NCBI RefSeq assembly: GCF_009914755.1
Contig: NC_060946.1
Direction: 5' to 3' (one strand)
DNA length: 64,000 bases
Origin: the human T2T-CHM13v2.0 reference genome, Homo sapiens
In this document: positions 1 to 12,629 of the stretch, one piece after another
Layout of the letters: the number at the start of each line of letters is the position of its first letter
Numbering within the stretch: position 1 is the first letter of the stretch
The notes under the pieces: generated by a model
The model's input: only the letters and a program-made list of their open reading frames with translations
What the model was told of the DNA's origin: nothing
The model's database searches: none
Program-made: the position numbers and the translations under genes

Positions 1-1469
1 GAGGGGCTTTAAACCTATGAGATAGGGTGTGGGGTCACAATCTTCAATTGTAGTGGGCCGCTCTGGGTCACTGGTAATTGAGGAGACGCCTGCATAGTAA
101 GCACGCAAGTGTCCTCTCAAGCCCTCTCTGCAAGCACAGAGCAGCCCGAGACTGGAGCCTGGTCCACCCCAGCGCTGTCCTCAGACTGATGGTCAGTGCC
201 TCATGACTCATCTAGGGTCTGATACATCCCTGTGGTGAGAGCTCAGTTCCTAGTCTAGGGGCTGCTGCGTGCAGGGACCCTGGAGGAAGAATGCTTGTTT
301 AGGGGTCAGGCCTCAGCCTCCCACTGGCTCTGTCAGCTTCGCCTGAGGTTCCCCATCTGTGCAATGGGTGATGACATCTTGGTGTGGCTCTGGGAGGACC
401 TGTTGAGCCAGCTCAGGGGCTGAGCTGGTGGCACTCGGCAGCCAGCACCCTCTGGGGAGGTGGCAGTGTGTGCACAGCCCACCCCTTCAGGAGGCCAGGG
501 GACAGAGTGGCTGGGGGTGTCTGGGCCCCACCTCACCTTCTGTGTGGCTGGGAATGGCATGCACTCCACAATGCCCTCATAAGCCTAGGCTGGGACAAGG
601 GTGATAGGGATAAAGCAGGCCAAGGTGATGAGGGCCACAGAGCGGCAGCCAGAGGCATGTGGGCAGTGCAGCCTCCACACCAGGCAGAGGGCCCGGCCAG
701 CATGGCTCCACCCTGGGAAGCTGCCTGCCACTGGGATCAGATGGGAGCACCAGGGCTCTGGGAGGTCCTCACTTCCTCTGGACAAGGCAGGCAGGTCACC
801 AGCCCTGTGCCCTGCTCATCTCCCTCAGGGCCACCTCCATGGCCAGGGGCAGGCAGAGAGCACAGGGCTGCCCAGTCACCAGGTCTCTCTGCTTCATATC
901 AGTGGACCTGGGCTCTGAGGGGAGCCATCAAGACCTCAGGCTGGCCCACTCCGTCCTTGAGTCAGGGTCCTACAGACTGACACCAGGTTGGCCTGCAAGA
1001 CCCTGGTTCTGTCATGCAGGGTGGGCCTGGGGAGGACCCAGCCCAGCTGAGCTGACTCCCAGCACTCCTCCAGGTGCAGGGACAGCCTGGCAGTTGTCTG
1101 AAGACCCCGGGATGGGCTTAGGAGCTCATCATCATCGGATGCCCCCCGAGCAGAAGACGGAGAAGGAACACCCCCACCCTGTGTGGTGTGTGTAGGGGTG
1201 TCACTGGGTTCTCTGGCTCCATGACGCCCCCCCCGGCCCCGCTGGGGGCTGGCTTGGTAGAGTGGGGGATGATACTAAGCAGGCGGCCTCGGAGAGCGTC
1301 TTCTGGGTTTGGAGGCCACATTCCGCAGGAAGGAAGAGGTGGGGGACCCCTGCAGGGTTATGGGTAACATCAGGCCTGGGTCCCCTCCCTGGGGTGGTGC
1401 AGAGAGGACCACAAAGGCCCAAGAGGGCCCCCAGAACGCTCTTAAGCCTTGAGCCTGTTTCTTACTGAA

Positions 1470-2500
1470 AAACGGGGGCGATCGTGCTCCAGCAAGGGGC
1501 TTCTGTGCAGGGGGCGGGGGGGGGGCGGGGGGTTCATGGGTTTCGTGAGGCCAGGAAGCGAGTGGGTCGGGCAGAGGCCATCCCCAGGCCTCGATGGCCC
1601 CAGCCGCCATCCCCTCCGCCGCCTGCAGGGCCGCCGCCTCTTCAGGAATGCGCGGCTTTGTCTAGGGCCCGGTGGGCTGAGCACCTCCTGCTGCCCGGCC
1701 TACGCTCCCCGGCCAGCCGCGCCGCTCACGCCCCAACTTGGGCCCGCGCCCCCCAGCCCCCGCCCAGGCCCGCGCCCCCCAGCCCCCGCCCAGGCAGGCG
1801 CCTGCGCCCAGGTGAGGGCCCCGCCCGCCGCCGCCTCCCGCGCCCTGCGCGCCCGCGGCCCGAGCCCCGCCCGAGCCGGGCGGAGCGGAGCGCGCGGAGC
1901 CTAGACCCGCTGCCGGGCCGGGGCTGGGCCGGAGCGGCGGCGCCTGGATGCCGGCCCGGGGCTGGGCCGGAGACTGGCGCCCGCCCCGAAGCGACTTTCG
2001 GTCCCCGACCCGCTCCGCCTGACCCCTATGATGAAGAGGGCGTCCACTGGAGGTGAGTGTCCACGCGGCGCCAGAGCCCAGCAGGCGGCGGGGCGCAGAG
2101 CGGGGTGGTTCGCCCCTCCTCGGAGCCGCAGGGCCCGTCCAGGGCTTCCAAGGCTGGGGAAGCGTAGCCGGGCGGCCGGGAGGGCCACCGCAGTGCCGCG
2201 CCAGGCTGGGGCCAAGGGCGCCCCGGCCCCGGGAGGGCGGAGCCGGAGGCAGCAGGAAAAGTTGCCGCTTCCCGGGTAAGTTGACGGCGATGGCGGGGCC
2301 GGGGGTGGCGGCCCGGGGGTCCCCGAGGCTGGGCCAGGTCCGGGGTGGGGGCCGCGGGCTGGAAGGACGGGGTCCGGCCTCGGCGCCGCGGCCACGAAGG
2401 GGTTAATGAGCGGGTTTTTTTGCAGAAACGCGGGTACCGAGAGTAGGTGGAGGTATCGGGCCGCCTCCGCCCCCGCCTCGCGGACTGGGCTCAGAACCTC
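1470..2500. promoter_or_regulatory. CpG island promoter, paralogous to the RTN4R promoter, around exon 1 of the DGCR5-like transcript
   Basis: Very high GC and CpG density, many GC boxes (GGGCGG/CCGCCC), G-tract at 1510-1532; contains a first exon ending at a consensus donor GAG|GTGAGT (2052/2053). Confidence 0.9.
1860..2052 (+). pseudogene. Duplicated RTN4R (Nogo-66 receptor) exon 1: 5'UTR plus ATG ATG AAG AGG GCG TCC ACT GGA G| (MMKRASTG; RTN4R begins MKRASAG)
   Basis: UTR (gagccgggcggagcggagcgcg...gcggcggcgcctggatgc...cgccccgaagcgactttcggtccccgac) and coding start match my recollection of the RTN4R mRNA 5' end; phase-1 donor GTGAGT at 2053. No RTN4R exon 2 (LRR) sequence seen in the window. 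5' limit approximate. Confidence 0.85.
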
Positions 2501-2862
2501 CCGTTTTTCTGAGGTCAGGCCTCAGGGGGATCAATGGGGGCGTTGGCGGCAGTACAGGGCGTGGGGGACAAGGTTGTCCCAACGCTGCCTCCAGGGCGGG
2601 CGGTGAGAGGAGGCAGCAATGCCCAGACATCCGCAGCCCGAGGGACATTGAGAGGCTTGGCTGGGGGAATCAGGGGTGGTGGGGCAATCAGCATCCCCTC
2701 CCTGGCAGCCTTCGTGAGACTCCCCCGCCCCACTGGGTGTGAGGTCCCGCAGTGGGGGGCAAGGGAGGGTGGGCTCCATGTGAGTTGGGCATGCCCTGCC
2801 TGGAGGGTGCTCCCCAGGTGCCCACCCAGGCTGCCCTGCTGATGTCCATGGTGCCGCAGGCT

Positions 2863-3310
2863 GCACACACGTTTCCTTGCACGTGCACATGTCTACACGG
2901 ACTGCACACTTGCACACCTCTGGTGCACATGCGTGCCAGCGCCACCCCAGTGTACACATGCACGAACACTGGGTGCACACACGGACTCTGAGGGTGCATA
3001 TCTGTGTCCTCGCCCCCGCTTGCACGCCCACGGCCACACATGCATGTACACGACATGCCTGCTGTGGTCTCCACGGGTGGCACATGCTGGGGCCCCTTTC
3101 ACAATACCCACTCCCGCACCCACATGCTCGTCTGTTGAGTGGGGAGGCCAGGCCCACAGACAGGGGCAAGACATCCTGGGCCCCACCTCTGCCTGCCTGC
3201 CTCCGTGTCCTGGGGGTCCCCGCCTCGGGCGTGTGTGCGTGTGTGTAACTTGGTATGCATCTGCACGTGTGTCTGTGCGCGTGATCATGTGTGCCTGCGA
3301 GCACATAGGC
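2863..3310. repeat. Degenerate alternating purine-pyrimidine (CA/TG-rich) low-complexity tract
   Basis: Repeated gcacac/tgcacatg/gtgtgtgcgt motifs; CA-biased left part and TG-biased right part. Confidence 0.7.
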
Positions 3311-4130
3311 ATATGTCTCTTTGCCTCCAGGGTGTGGGTGCCCCTTGTGTGCCTAGACAGGCTGTGGCCTAATCTGGAGCAGAGGCCCTGGAATGTGTGT
3401 TGGGGGCTCATTGAATGCCCCCAGCCCAGGGTGTGAGGGGCAGGGTCTCCCAGCCACTCCGCACCCACCAGGGCTGAGGCAGTGATAGATGATGGTGGGC
3501 TGGAACCTGTCTGGTCAGGGAAGACCCATTTCAGGCCATGAGGTCAACACTGTGACCAACAGGCCAGACCCTGGGCACCCTTGGTGGCCGCTGCAGCTTG
3601 GCTGACTGGAGCACGTGACCCAGCGTGACTGCAGAGGCCCCGCCTCCAGTACCTCAGTTTCTCCATGGTGAGGACCTTCTTGGTGAGGGGTTCCGTGGTG
3701 GGCTCCCCTACCTCCGGTGTTGTGTAGGGTGCTGAGCAGATGGATGCCATGCTGCATGATGGGCAAGGGTGGCCCACTAGCACTGTGGCAAGGGCCCTGG
3801 GCTGGGGCTTCAATTGGCAGGCCACACCTCCTGCTCCCCTGGCCACCACCAGAGGCTCATCTATAGAGTGGGGACCAGCAGGTTATCCTTGTAGGTTGTG
3901 TGAGGGTGAAACATACTAGCAGAGGGGCAGCTGAAGCAGTGGGGCTGGCCAGTCTCTTTTTCTAAGCCTCAGTCTTCCCATCTATAAAGGGGGTACTGTT
4001 CCCTGTTCTTCTCTACTGAGGTGAGGAGGAAGTGAGCTCCCATGCCGGGGGTGGGAATGGGTGGCCATCAGCACCTAGACCCCACCTGGCAGAGGGGCAC
4101 GTGCAGGGCCTGCCGTGGCAGAACCGTGAC

Positions 4131-4227
4131 CTGGATTTGGGTCCTGGCTCAGCCACCTGCTGGCAGTGTGACCTTGGGTGTGACAGGTCACCTCTCTGCC
4201 TCAGTCTTCCTCACCTGCACCATGGGC
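4131..4227 (+). mobile_element. MIR SINE fragment
   Basis: Core motif ...tgtgaccttggg...tcacctctctgcctcagtcttcctcacctgcaccatggg. Confidence 0.65.
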
Positions 4228-7200
4228 CAGTGGTCAGGGATTATCGGGGCACTTCCAGGCTGAGGCTGGGCGGAATTGGCCCGGCTTTCCCTGTGGAGTT
4301 CCGACTCTGGTGCTTCTGCCTCAGAATGCCCAGAACACCTCCCCACACCCCAACTCAGCAGAGTCCTCCTGGGACCTTTGCATGGCCAGCTGGCCCCTCA
4401 CCCCATCCATTTGCAGAAGGGACAATAAAAGCCCCTAGTCAGGCAACTCAGGCCACAGGTGAGTGGAGAGGGGACAGGGCAGGGATGCTGCCCAGCTTGG
4501 GAGACCCTCCCATAGTACCTTCACTCCCTCCCTGCCCTCCCCCTGTTCCTCACCTGGGGGTCTGTGGAACCCCTGAGCCTCAGTTTCCCTGTGCCAGGGT
4601 CCTTCCACTGGGACTGGCAGAAACGTAGGTTTGCATGGAGTGAGAAGCAGGGGAGAGGTTGAGGGAGGGCCTGGCCCAGCAGGTCTCTGAAAGCCAGAGG
4701 GCTTGTGGAGGGTCTATGGAGGACACCCCCACAGGGGCTGGGGCCCTGGAAGGTGGGGGAAGGTCCTGTTGTCCTGGGAGGCTGGGGACTGGCCCACAGC
4801 CTGTGGAGGGGCTGGGGTTTGTTTGCTGTTGCTGTGAGTGACAGGCAGGCTGTGAGGGCCAGGGCATGTGGGACCGTGCCCTCCGCCTCCCTCTGCCCAA
4901 GGACAGTGCAGCCTTGTAGCACTGCCCTCTCCTCGTCCCTGCCCCAGCCTTGAATTCATGCTTTGTGGCACGGACGGCCCTGTGCAGCCGGTGCAACACC
5001 AGGAGGGTCCAGCTGGTGAGGACAGGACGGGTGGGAGGCAGAGGAGCCCTCCTGCTGTCCTGGGCCTGTGGCCCGGAACCTCTCACCGGGAGCCTTGGTC
5101 TGTGCACCTGGGAAAGGGGTCAAGAACAGGAAGCATACGGGGAGTTTCAGGATGACCTGGAAATGAACAAATGCATGTGTGAGCCAGGCGCCCTGCCCGG
5201 CCCTGGCACAGGGTTAGTGAGGGCTCCCGACGCTTGGCTACTGTCTGATCAATGAGGTTCATGCCGTCCCGCCCCCATTCTGGCAAGCCTGACCTCTGAT
5301 CCCCAGGCTGGCCTGCCTGACCCTCTGCAGCCACCCAGGGCCTGGGCTTTGGGGTCTGCAGGAGCCGGCCTGGCTGCCTGCTGCCTCTGCAGCTGTGCAG
5401 ATGCCCTCTCGGGGCCCTCTCTGCACCCCTCAGTGTCCCTGCTCTGCAGCCTGGCTGCACCCAGGCCAAGGTCACAGGCACCCTCCTCGAAGCCAGATCC
5501 CAGATGCTGCATTTGCCCCAACTGTCCGTTCACTTTCTCATTTGTTCATTCATTTGCTTGTTCGTTCCTAGCCTGTCAGATTCTCTTCTGAGCCAGGCAA
5601 ATCAAGGGGTGCAATCCTTGGCATCGTGCATCTCTAGGATTAAATGCTTTAAAGGATAGGAGATAACAGAGTGGCCCCGGGGAAGCCCGATCGGAGTGGC
5701 GGGCATGCTACCCCACCCTGCAAATCTCCCTGCACTGTCCCTGGGGCCCAGCTGGGTTCCCCACACCAGTTGTTCTGTGCTGCCGTTTCTTCTTTTATCG
5801 CTGTATTTTAAACACTTTGCACATCGGGAACTATTCTTGTGCATCGTGGGTTTTCTGGTGTGTGTGGAATCCCTTCCTGAGAATGCACCATCATTTATTT
5901 ATCCAAACCTGCACCGGCCTCCTGCACTGCCTGCAGCCGTGGAGCTGGGCACCGGGAGATGCAGCTCTGCACACCCACCCCACCATGTCCTCAGCTGGCA
6001 CCCACCAGGTCTAGGGGCTGGTCACGTGCCTCTCCCCTGATGCTTGAGCTGATTTCAGGGGACTCGGCAGCAGGGCCAGATCCCGCCCCTCCTAGCCAGC
6101 TGAGGCCTTTGACAACCGTGGGCTGGCCGGGTGGGTGATGGTGAGTGAGTAGAGTCTGGGCATCCATTTGTGCAGTGGGTGCCTTGGGGCCGCCTCTCCT
6201 CTCCCTCTTTCACACAGCCTCTGGTCTTGCCCGCTATGGCCTGCGGGGCCTCTTCTGCGGGGCAGCAGGGCAGCGGGGCATGGGGTAATGCTGACACTGT
6301 TCTGCAGCTGTGTCCTGTCCAATGGAGGCAACCCACGGCAGCCAGACCAGGAGGTGGAGAAGAAAGGCAGGGCTGTTGGCACACCTCGAGAGTGGCCTTA
6401 GGAGAGGCTGAGTGGGCACAGGCCAGGGTCCCCATGTAGTTCTACACAGGCCTGGCAGGCGGTAAGCCCCATTCAGGGCCCTGGCACATGGAGCCGGGCT
6501 GATCTGGGAGTGAAGTGTCAGGTGCTGACCCAGCCTCACTCAGAGCAGCCTGCCCTGGGCCCCCGGGTGCCTCTTGGCTCTCCAGTCGGCACCCTGGCAT
6601 TCTTAGCTGGCTGTCACGGGTCACGGTCCATGGAGTTGAAATTCTTTGGAATGTTGGGGGTATCACATAAGGGCTTTGTGGTCAAATGTGGGACCTGCTG
6701 GAATAAATGGTGCTGATGGTGCTCCTTTCCCGCAGGGCATCTTGGGCTCTGTTTTGGAGAGGGGTGGGCAGCACCTTCTCTGAGAGGCACCCCTATGCGA
6801 TGTACCTCAGGGCCTGGTGTGCCCAGGAACCTGTTTTGGGAAACAGTGGTTGAAGTGCCTCGGAGGACCAGAGGAGACCTGTGGGCCTCCAGCAAGTGCC
6901 CCAGGATGGGTAGACCCTGCCACACAAACCCCGCACCCACGGGGCGCCCAGTGGGTGGAGGGACCACTGCTTCCCCCAGCAGTTTGAGGCGATGTGCAAA
7001 TTTAACCTTTGGATTTATGACTCAATTTCTTTGTAGCAAATGTCACGGGAAATGTCAGGCCAAGGCTGAGGCTGGGTGAGGGGCCCGTCGAGGAAGCGGG
7101 TAGGGCTAGGCAGGCTAGAGTACCGAGGAGGGGCTCAGGCCAGGGTGGGCTTCAGGCCCCTCACCTCCTCCTGGGAGCCTTCCTGGATTGTCCCTTGCTT

Positions 7201-8123
7201 GCCTGGATCCCCGGCACTGTATCCTCAATTTGTCCCAGCTATCACAACCTTGTTGAGATGTTGCCTTTATTTGCCTTCTACCAGGGCCCAGATGAGGCCA
7301 GCTCGGGGACATGCCAGAAGTCCCCCATTCCCCAAGGCTGGGCAGCCATGGGATCAGCTTGTGCAGTGCCGGCTTGCTGTATGACCTTGGGCAGCTCCAC
7401 CCTTCCTGGTCACCGTAGGCCTCTCTGCAGTCCACAGCTGGTGGCCAGAGGTGGTGTTCCCAGCTCAGTGCCTTCAAGAGTGGGAAAACGCCTAGAGTCC
7501 TCAGTATGTGGGGTGTGGGGCTCTGGAGGAAGTGGGTGGGGGCTGAATGCAGGGCTGGGGTTGCGGAGGGCTGGCCCTTGGTGGTCCCAGGGGCTAGAGC
7601 AGCCCCTGCACACAGCAGGTGCTCAGTAAAGACCAAAAGGCAGTGCGTGGATGTGGAAGGTGGAGGTGGATTCCAGCTGGGAGTCCACAGTCCCCAGTTA
7701 CATGTCCCCCCTCCACCGCCACATGCCAGATGTCATTCCAAGGCCCCACGCTGGCCCGTCACCAGCTCTGCCCTGCCTCCCAGGCCCGGGCGGGTCAGGG
7801 AATGGTGACTGCCTCCTCCCTGCCGTGTGCCAGGCCTGTGCACTGGAGCAGGGGTTCAGGCTCCCTAGTGCTCTGCATCTCTCCTGCACACACAGCTCCC
7901 CACACTGCACACCTTAGGCCTCCAGATCCAGCCTGTCTGCTAGTGTCACATCCTCCGTACCCAATGTCCAAGCCCAGAGTCTCAGCCTCTTCCCTCGACC
8001 CATCCCCAAAAGCAAAATCAGTGTCAAACCTGCACCCTGTCTCCCGGTCCATCCCCTTTACTCCTCACTGAGGACCAGCCTCAGACCTGGCCTCTGTCCC
8101 CAGCCTGTGGCCACAGCTGGCCC

Positions 8124-9305
<1,182 letters not shown>

Positions 9306-9596
9306 AAATACAATGCTTATTTTATGCAAAGGGTTATTTTGTAAAACTCTTTTGAGGAGGACCGTCCTGGTCAGCGGCCCTCACCATCGAGACTCTCCCT
9401 GCACATGGGTGCTGTGGTGACTCGGCCCCTGGACTCACCCTCTGGTGCTGTGTGCACCTCAAGAGCAGGATGGAAAGGTCCCCTCCCCACAGCCTGGCTG
9501 TCAGACCCCCGGCACAGAGGTGCACCGTGCAGCCTCCCGTCATTTCCCATTTGCCTGCCCAAGCTCTCAGTGTCTGAGCTCTGTCCTCTTTCTGGA

Positions 9597-9733
9597 AGAC
9601 AGCCAGGTTTAGTGTTGGGAGCAGGAGACCAGCATGGGCTAGCCCAGTCCCACCACCTGAACAGAGGGGCTGTGATCCTCCAAGCTACCCAGGGAAGGTG
9701 CCACCTGGGTGCACAGCTGGTCCCAATGGTCAG
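9597..9733 (+). repeat. Arm 1 of a 137-bp inverted duplication (partner 15446-15582)
   Basis: Reverse complement matches 15446-15582 with about 6 substitutions; both copies appear in the ORF track as [32 protein letters not shown]. Confidence 0.92.
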
Positions 9734-9779
9734 GCCTCCCCTTGACAGAGGGGCAGGGCCGTGTCATGGTCAGGGCCTG

Positions 9780-9970
9780 TGCTCTAAAGCCAGACTGAGG
9801 GTCAAAACCCAGCTGCCCCATTTACAAGCTTCACGGTCTCAGGAGTGTCACTCTGCACATCAGTTTCCTCATCTGTAAAACCGATCAGTGACATCTGCCT
9901 GGTTACCTGCTGGGGCAAGTGGGTGAGTTGAGTCCGATGAAGCACTTAGAACGGTGCCTGGTATGTGGCA
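9780..9970 (+). mobile_element. MIR SINE fragment
   Basis: catcagtttcctcatctgtaaaa and aagcacttagaacggtgcctgg motifs. Confidence 0.75.
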
Positions 9971-10384
9971 GTGTACAGAGCATGGGGCAATCACTGCAGC
10001 CGACCTAGCTGGTGGCTCCAGTGGGCCTTAGTGCCCCAGGCATCTGAGGAGCCCACTCTTCAGCACTGCCCCCGAGTGGCTGCAGCACACACTCCCCCAG
10101 GACTCATTCAGCCCTCCCAAGGAGTGGGAAGCCTCCGGAACCTGGTGCTGTCCGAGGCACGACACGCAGGAAGCAGGGCAGGTGTCCTCCCTGGCCCCTC
10201 ACCCTTCCTAGCCAGGCTGCAGCTGATCCGAGGTGGTTCCTTGATCCTGGAGTCTGAAGGGACATTGAGGGGCTACCTGTGCTCCAAACAGACCAGCCCG
10301 CTTCTCATCTGCTTCACACACAGGGGTTCTGGGTAAGATTTCACTTCATTTCTTTGAAACACCACTCTGCTGGGCCAGCCAAGT

Positions 10385-10490
10385 CCTGTAGACCCCATCA
10401 CTTGTACCCCTTGACCTCAGCAACAGGACCAAGACCTGTAGACCCCACCACTTGCACCCCTTGACCTGAAAAACAGGACCACAACCTACA
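10385..10490. repeat. 50-bp tandem repeat, about 2 copies
   Basis: cctgtagacccca(t/c)cacttg(t/c)accccttgacct...aacaggacca at 10385 and 10435. Confidence 0.85.
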
Positions 10491-11019
10491 CCCAGCCGTC
10501 CTCACCTGGACTATGAGGATGGTACTGCTCACTGGCTCCGGACAGCTGTGTGACTCCAGGGGAGCCAGCTGTGGTTGAGATCTCGGGGGTCTTGGTAAAT
10601 CTGGTAAACTCCTTGTGCAGTTCTAGCGAGCCCAGTGTGAGGACTGCCTGTTGGCTGGGAACCGTAAATCTGCTTGGGTTTCATGAGAATCTTGCCCTGA
10701 GTGACCTCCAGCTGGGGAACTCACCCTCCATCTGCGCCAGGGAGAGCTTGGTCATTGTCTGCAGGGACCCAACTAATCAGGACGGGCTTCCACGAGGAGA
10801 CAGATTTGAAAGTATGCTCTCTTCGGGAAGCAGTAGCTTTAAACTGGACTAGCTCTTATATAATGGGCACTGTGTCCCTAACGAAACCAAAATATGGTCC
10901 AATAATGGCTTCTTTGAGGGAAGCACAGGGCAGTTGGGTTGTCCAAAGCCTTCTTTGGAACTTCACAGGTTTAAAAGGTGATGGTTCAAGAGGCCCCAGT
11001 ATTATTCAGCCATATAAAG

Positions 11020-11425
11020 GAATACATAAACAAAAATGTGGCCTAGCCATACAGTGGAATATTACTCAGCCATAAAAAAATAACATTCTAATACGTGCTA
11101 CAACATGGAAGAACCTTGAAGCATGATCCTGAGTGAAAGAAGCCAGACACAAAAGGTCACATGTAATGTGATTCCACTCATATGAAATATCCAGAATAGG
11201 TCAATTCAAAGCGACGGAAGATACATTAGAGGTTGCCAGGGGCCAGGGAACAGGGAAATGGGGAGTGACTGCTAATGGGTTCTGCTTTAGGGTAATAAAA
11301 ATGTTCTGGAATTAAACAGCAGTGATGATTGCACACCATTGTGAATGTACTAAAACCAATTAATTCTACCCTTTAAAGTGGTGGATCTTATGTGAATTAT
11401 ATCTCAATTGTATCTAAATAAATAA
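11020..11425 (+). mobile_element. L1 (L1MB-like) 3'UTR fragment
   Basis: ggaatattactcagccataaaa, ctgagtgaaagaagccagacacaaaagg, ggggagtgactgctaatggg motifs. Confidence 0.85.
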
Positions 11426-11756
11426 TAATTTGTAAAGGCCTCAGGAGAGGAGCTGATAATCAGGACTTAATCCCTGACTTGGCACACTACCTGTCACCCA
11501 ACTGTCTCCAGTCCTTCATACTCATCAGGAGCCTTGTGCAACATCACCTTTGCACTTGAGGCTTCCTCTGCTTAGAATGCTGATCTGCCTGCCCCAGCAT
11601 GTCCCATGAGCCTGCCTGGCTCAGCTCAGTGACTCTCGGCTTCTGCTCTCCCCATTCCAGGTATCACAGCTTGTATTCTGCTTTCAGAAATCAGGTAGTC
11701 AATCTTGCTGGTGCCTAGGGGACTGGCATTCTGTCACATATAAAGAGTGGGTGACC

Positions 11757-12037
11757 GCCAGGTGCGGTGGCTCACACCTGTAATCCCAGCACTTTGGGAG
11801 GCTGAGGTGGGAGGATCACGAGGTCAGGAGATCGAGACCGTCCTGGCTAACACGGTGAAACCCCATCTCTACTAAAAATACAAAAAATTAGCTGGGCGTG
11901 GTGGCGGGTGCCTGTAGTCCCAGCTACTCAGGAGGCTGAGGCAGGAGAATGGCATGAACCCAGGAGAGCTAAGATCGCGCCACTGCACTCCAGCCTGGGC
12001 AACAGAGCAAGGCTCCATCTCAAAAAAAAAAAAAAAA
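11757..12037 (+). mobile_element. AluY-like element with a small internal deletion; TSD gagtgggtgacc
   Basis: gagatcgagaccgtcctggctaacacgg diagnostic; TSD on both flanks. Confidence 0.9.
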
Positions 12038-12344
12038 TGAGTGGGTGACCAGCATTAGAGCATCAGGGAACACCCTCACCCAGGCACTCACCTGTGGGAT
12101 GAAGCCACAGCACATCACCATGTGGAAGCCAAACTTGGTCACATACTGAGGCTCAGCACCCTCACCTCTTCAGCCTGTTGACAGAGATCCTTGGCCTGAA
12201 GGAGCTGTTTGTCTTTCTCTTAAATGCCAGACCTCAGCAGAGCATCAGTACAAGCCTGGGCTGCACATGCTAGAATATGGGTGGTCTAAGGATGTACTAC
12301 ATACAGTAGCAATTAGTCAATATATGGATCTGCCAGGACACTCC

Positions 12345-12439
12345 TACCTGAAGCACACTGGACAGCAGGGTTGGGTATAAAAGGGGTTATTATTACCTCA
12401 AGCACACCAGACAAGAGGGCTGGGTATAAAAGGGGTCAT
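12345..12439 (+). repeat. 49-bp tandem duplication, each unit containing GGGTATAAAAGGGG
   Basis: Units start at 12345 and 12394; TATAAAA at 12376-12382 and 12425-12431. Confidence 0.85.
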
Positions 12440-12629
12440 GTGCCAATTCTACTAGCTTATCAGCTCCATCAAAATTCTTATTTAATAATGTCATTTTCAT
12501 AATGTAGTGTAAAGGGAGATGGTATACAACTCAACCTATTATTGAAATGCCACCAAGAAGTACCATGAGCACCAATCTAGGGTAGACAATGTGGCTGGGT
12601 CAAGGTACCCAAAAGCAATCTGAACATAC

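Noticed and set aside
2028-2052. Calling this the functional RTN4R gene
   Set aside because: No LRR-encoding exon 2 seen in the following 62 kb, and exon 1 diverges from recalled RTN4R.
333-8071. Many overlapping 60-257 aa ORFs in the GC-rich first 8 kb
   Set aside because: Expected from stop-codon scarcity in GC-rich and CA-repeat DNA; many start at GTG/TTG and show no recognisable domains.
10540-10990. Possible ERV internal (gag-like IWSNNGFF) fragment
   Set aside because: Similarity too weak to call without a repeat-library search.
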